In this document: piece by piece, positions 9,378-10,084 of the stretch
Position numbering within the stretch: position 1 is the first letter of the stretch
How the letters are laid out: each line of letters starts with the position of its first letter
Assembly (NCBI GenBank): GCA_965140785.1
Contig: OZ223504.1
Coordinates: 1 to 10,084, forward strand
DNA: 10,084 bases
Origin: an uncultured Ruficoccus sp.
GTDB lineage: Bacteria; Verrucomicrobiota; Verrucomicrobiia; Opitutales; Cerasicoccaceae
Reading direction: 5' to 3'
The notes under the pieces: generated by a model
Told to the model about the DNA's origin: nothing
The model's database searches: none
The model's input: only the letters and a program-made list of their open reading frames with translations
Made by a program: the position numbers and the translations under genes

Positions 9378-10083
9378 TCAAGACACGGACTTCAGGTCCT
9401 TGGGATCATCGTTGCTATTTAGCACCCGACTCATGATCCGGTGCGACATCGCGGCGATGAGGCGCTCGTTAAACTCCTTGAGCCGAATCGTGCCCCATCA
9501 TGCGCAGGGCCTGTACCAATGCGCGCCCACCTCGACCAAGCGAGCCATATCGCGACCCGGGCCGCACAGGAATCATGATATGGGGGATGCTTCATCCCGA
9601 GTATCTCATAGTAAGCGGTCTCCAGGCCGGTGCGTTCCTCCTCGGTGCCCCGGGCTGCCACTCAGTAAAGGTAATAACCAGGTCAATACGCTTGTCGAGG
9701 CGCACACAGCGGATGCCAAAGAGGTCGCTCACGCTGATGATGCCGATGCCACGGCACTCCATATAGCCGCGGTTAAGCTCGGCAGACTGGTGCCGACAAT
9801 TTCGCGGTCGTTGACCCTTCTTGATGTAGGTCACGTCGTCGGCCACGAGGCTGTGGCCGCGCTCGATCAGGGCCAGGGCGCATTCGCTCTTCCCCACCCC
9901 GCTCTTCCCGCGGATGAGGGTACCGATGCCCTTGATGTCGAGCAGGGTCCCGTAAATGCTGGTGCGGGGGGCGAACTTGTCCTCGAGCAGGATGGTCGTC
10001 TCGGCGATAAAGTCCTTCGACTTCATCGGGGTGCGGAACATGGGTGTGCGCGACTCCTCGGCGGCGGTGTACATGGCCTTGAT
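9378..10083 (-). CDS. hprK: HPr(Ser) kinase/phosphorylase, 5'-truncated by the window edge and broken by about 7 small indels (probably sequencing errors)
   Basis: Walker [22 protein letters not shown] and the signature [16 protein letters not shown]. Switching frames recovers [55 protein letters not shown]; this last frame ends at TGA 9380-9378. The 3' end is approximate. Confidence 0.9.
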
Positions 10084-10084
10084 C

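Noticed and set aside
9033..9381. Small ORFs 9033-9224 and 9163-9381 in the dnaA upstream region (checked for rpmH or a leader peptide)
   Set aside because: No resemblance to L34 (MKRTYQP), atypical codon usage, and overlap with DnaA boxes.
9368..9402. Possible intrinsic terminator after hprK (GGAC-CTGAA-GTCC stem and T7 tract on the - strand)
   Set aside because: The stem is only 4 bp, is separated from the T tract, lies inside the probable coding end, and is in an error-prone region.
9431..9766. ORFs 9431-9661 (-) and 9500-9766 (+) as separate genes
   Set aside because: The first is a frameshifted fragment of hprK and the second is its antisense shadow.

Overview
GC-rich bacterial chromosomal window of mostly housekeeping genes next to dnaA. 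The lineage is probably Verrucomicrobiota/Opitutales-like; this is an inference from gene style, not a search result. The + strand carries a tight six-gene run: 5'-truncated ADP-L-glycero-D-manno-heptose 6-epimerase (rfaD/hldD), a hybrid histidine kinase with no sensor domain, a VanZ-family protein, NAD-dependent DNA ligase (ligA), a GYF_2+DUF975-type membrane protein and an MFS transporter. It converges with a - strand set: hprK (partial, about 7 indels, probably sequencing error), a ~500 bp AT-richer intergenic region with DnaA boxes (candidate oriC/dnaA promoter), dnaA, and a two-domain hypothetical protein. No mobile element, CRISPR array, rRNA or tRNA was seen, and I cannot support a complete novel multi-gene system. 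The best leads are a LigA with all four zinc-finger cysteines replaced, a sensor-less kinase, a possibly structured dnaA 5' leader with a GAAA-tetraloop hairpin, a DnaA with altered DNA-contact residues, and an unknown protein directly downstream of dnaA.
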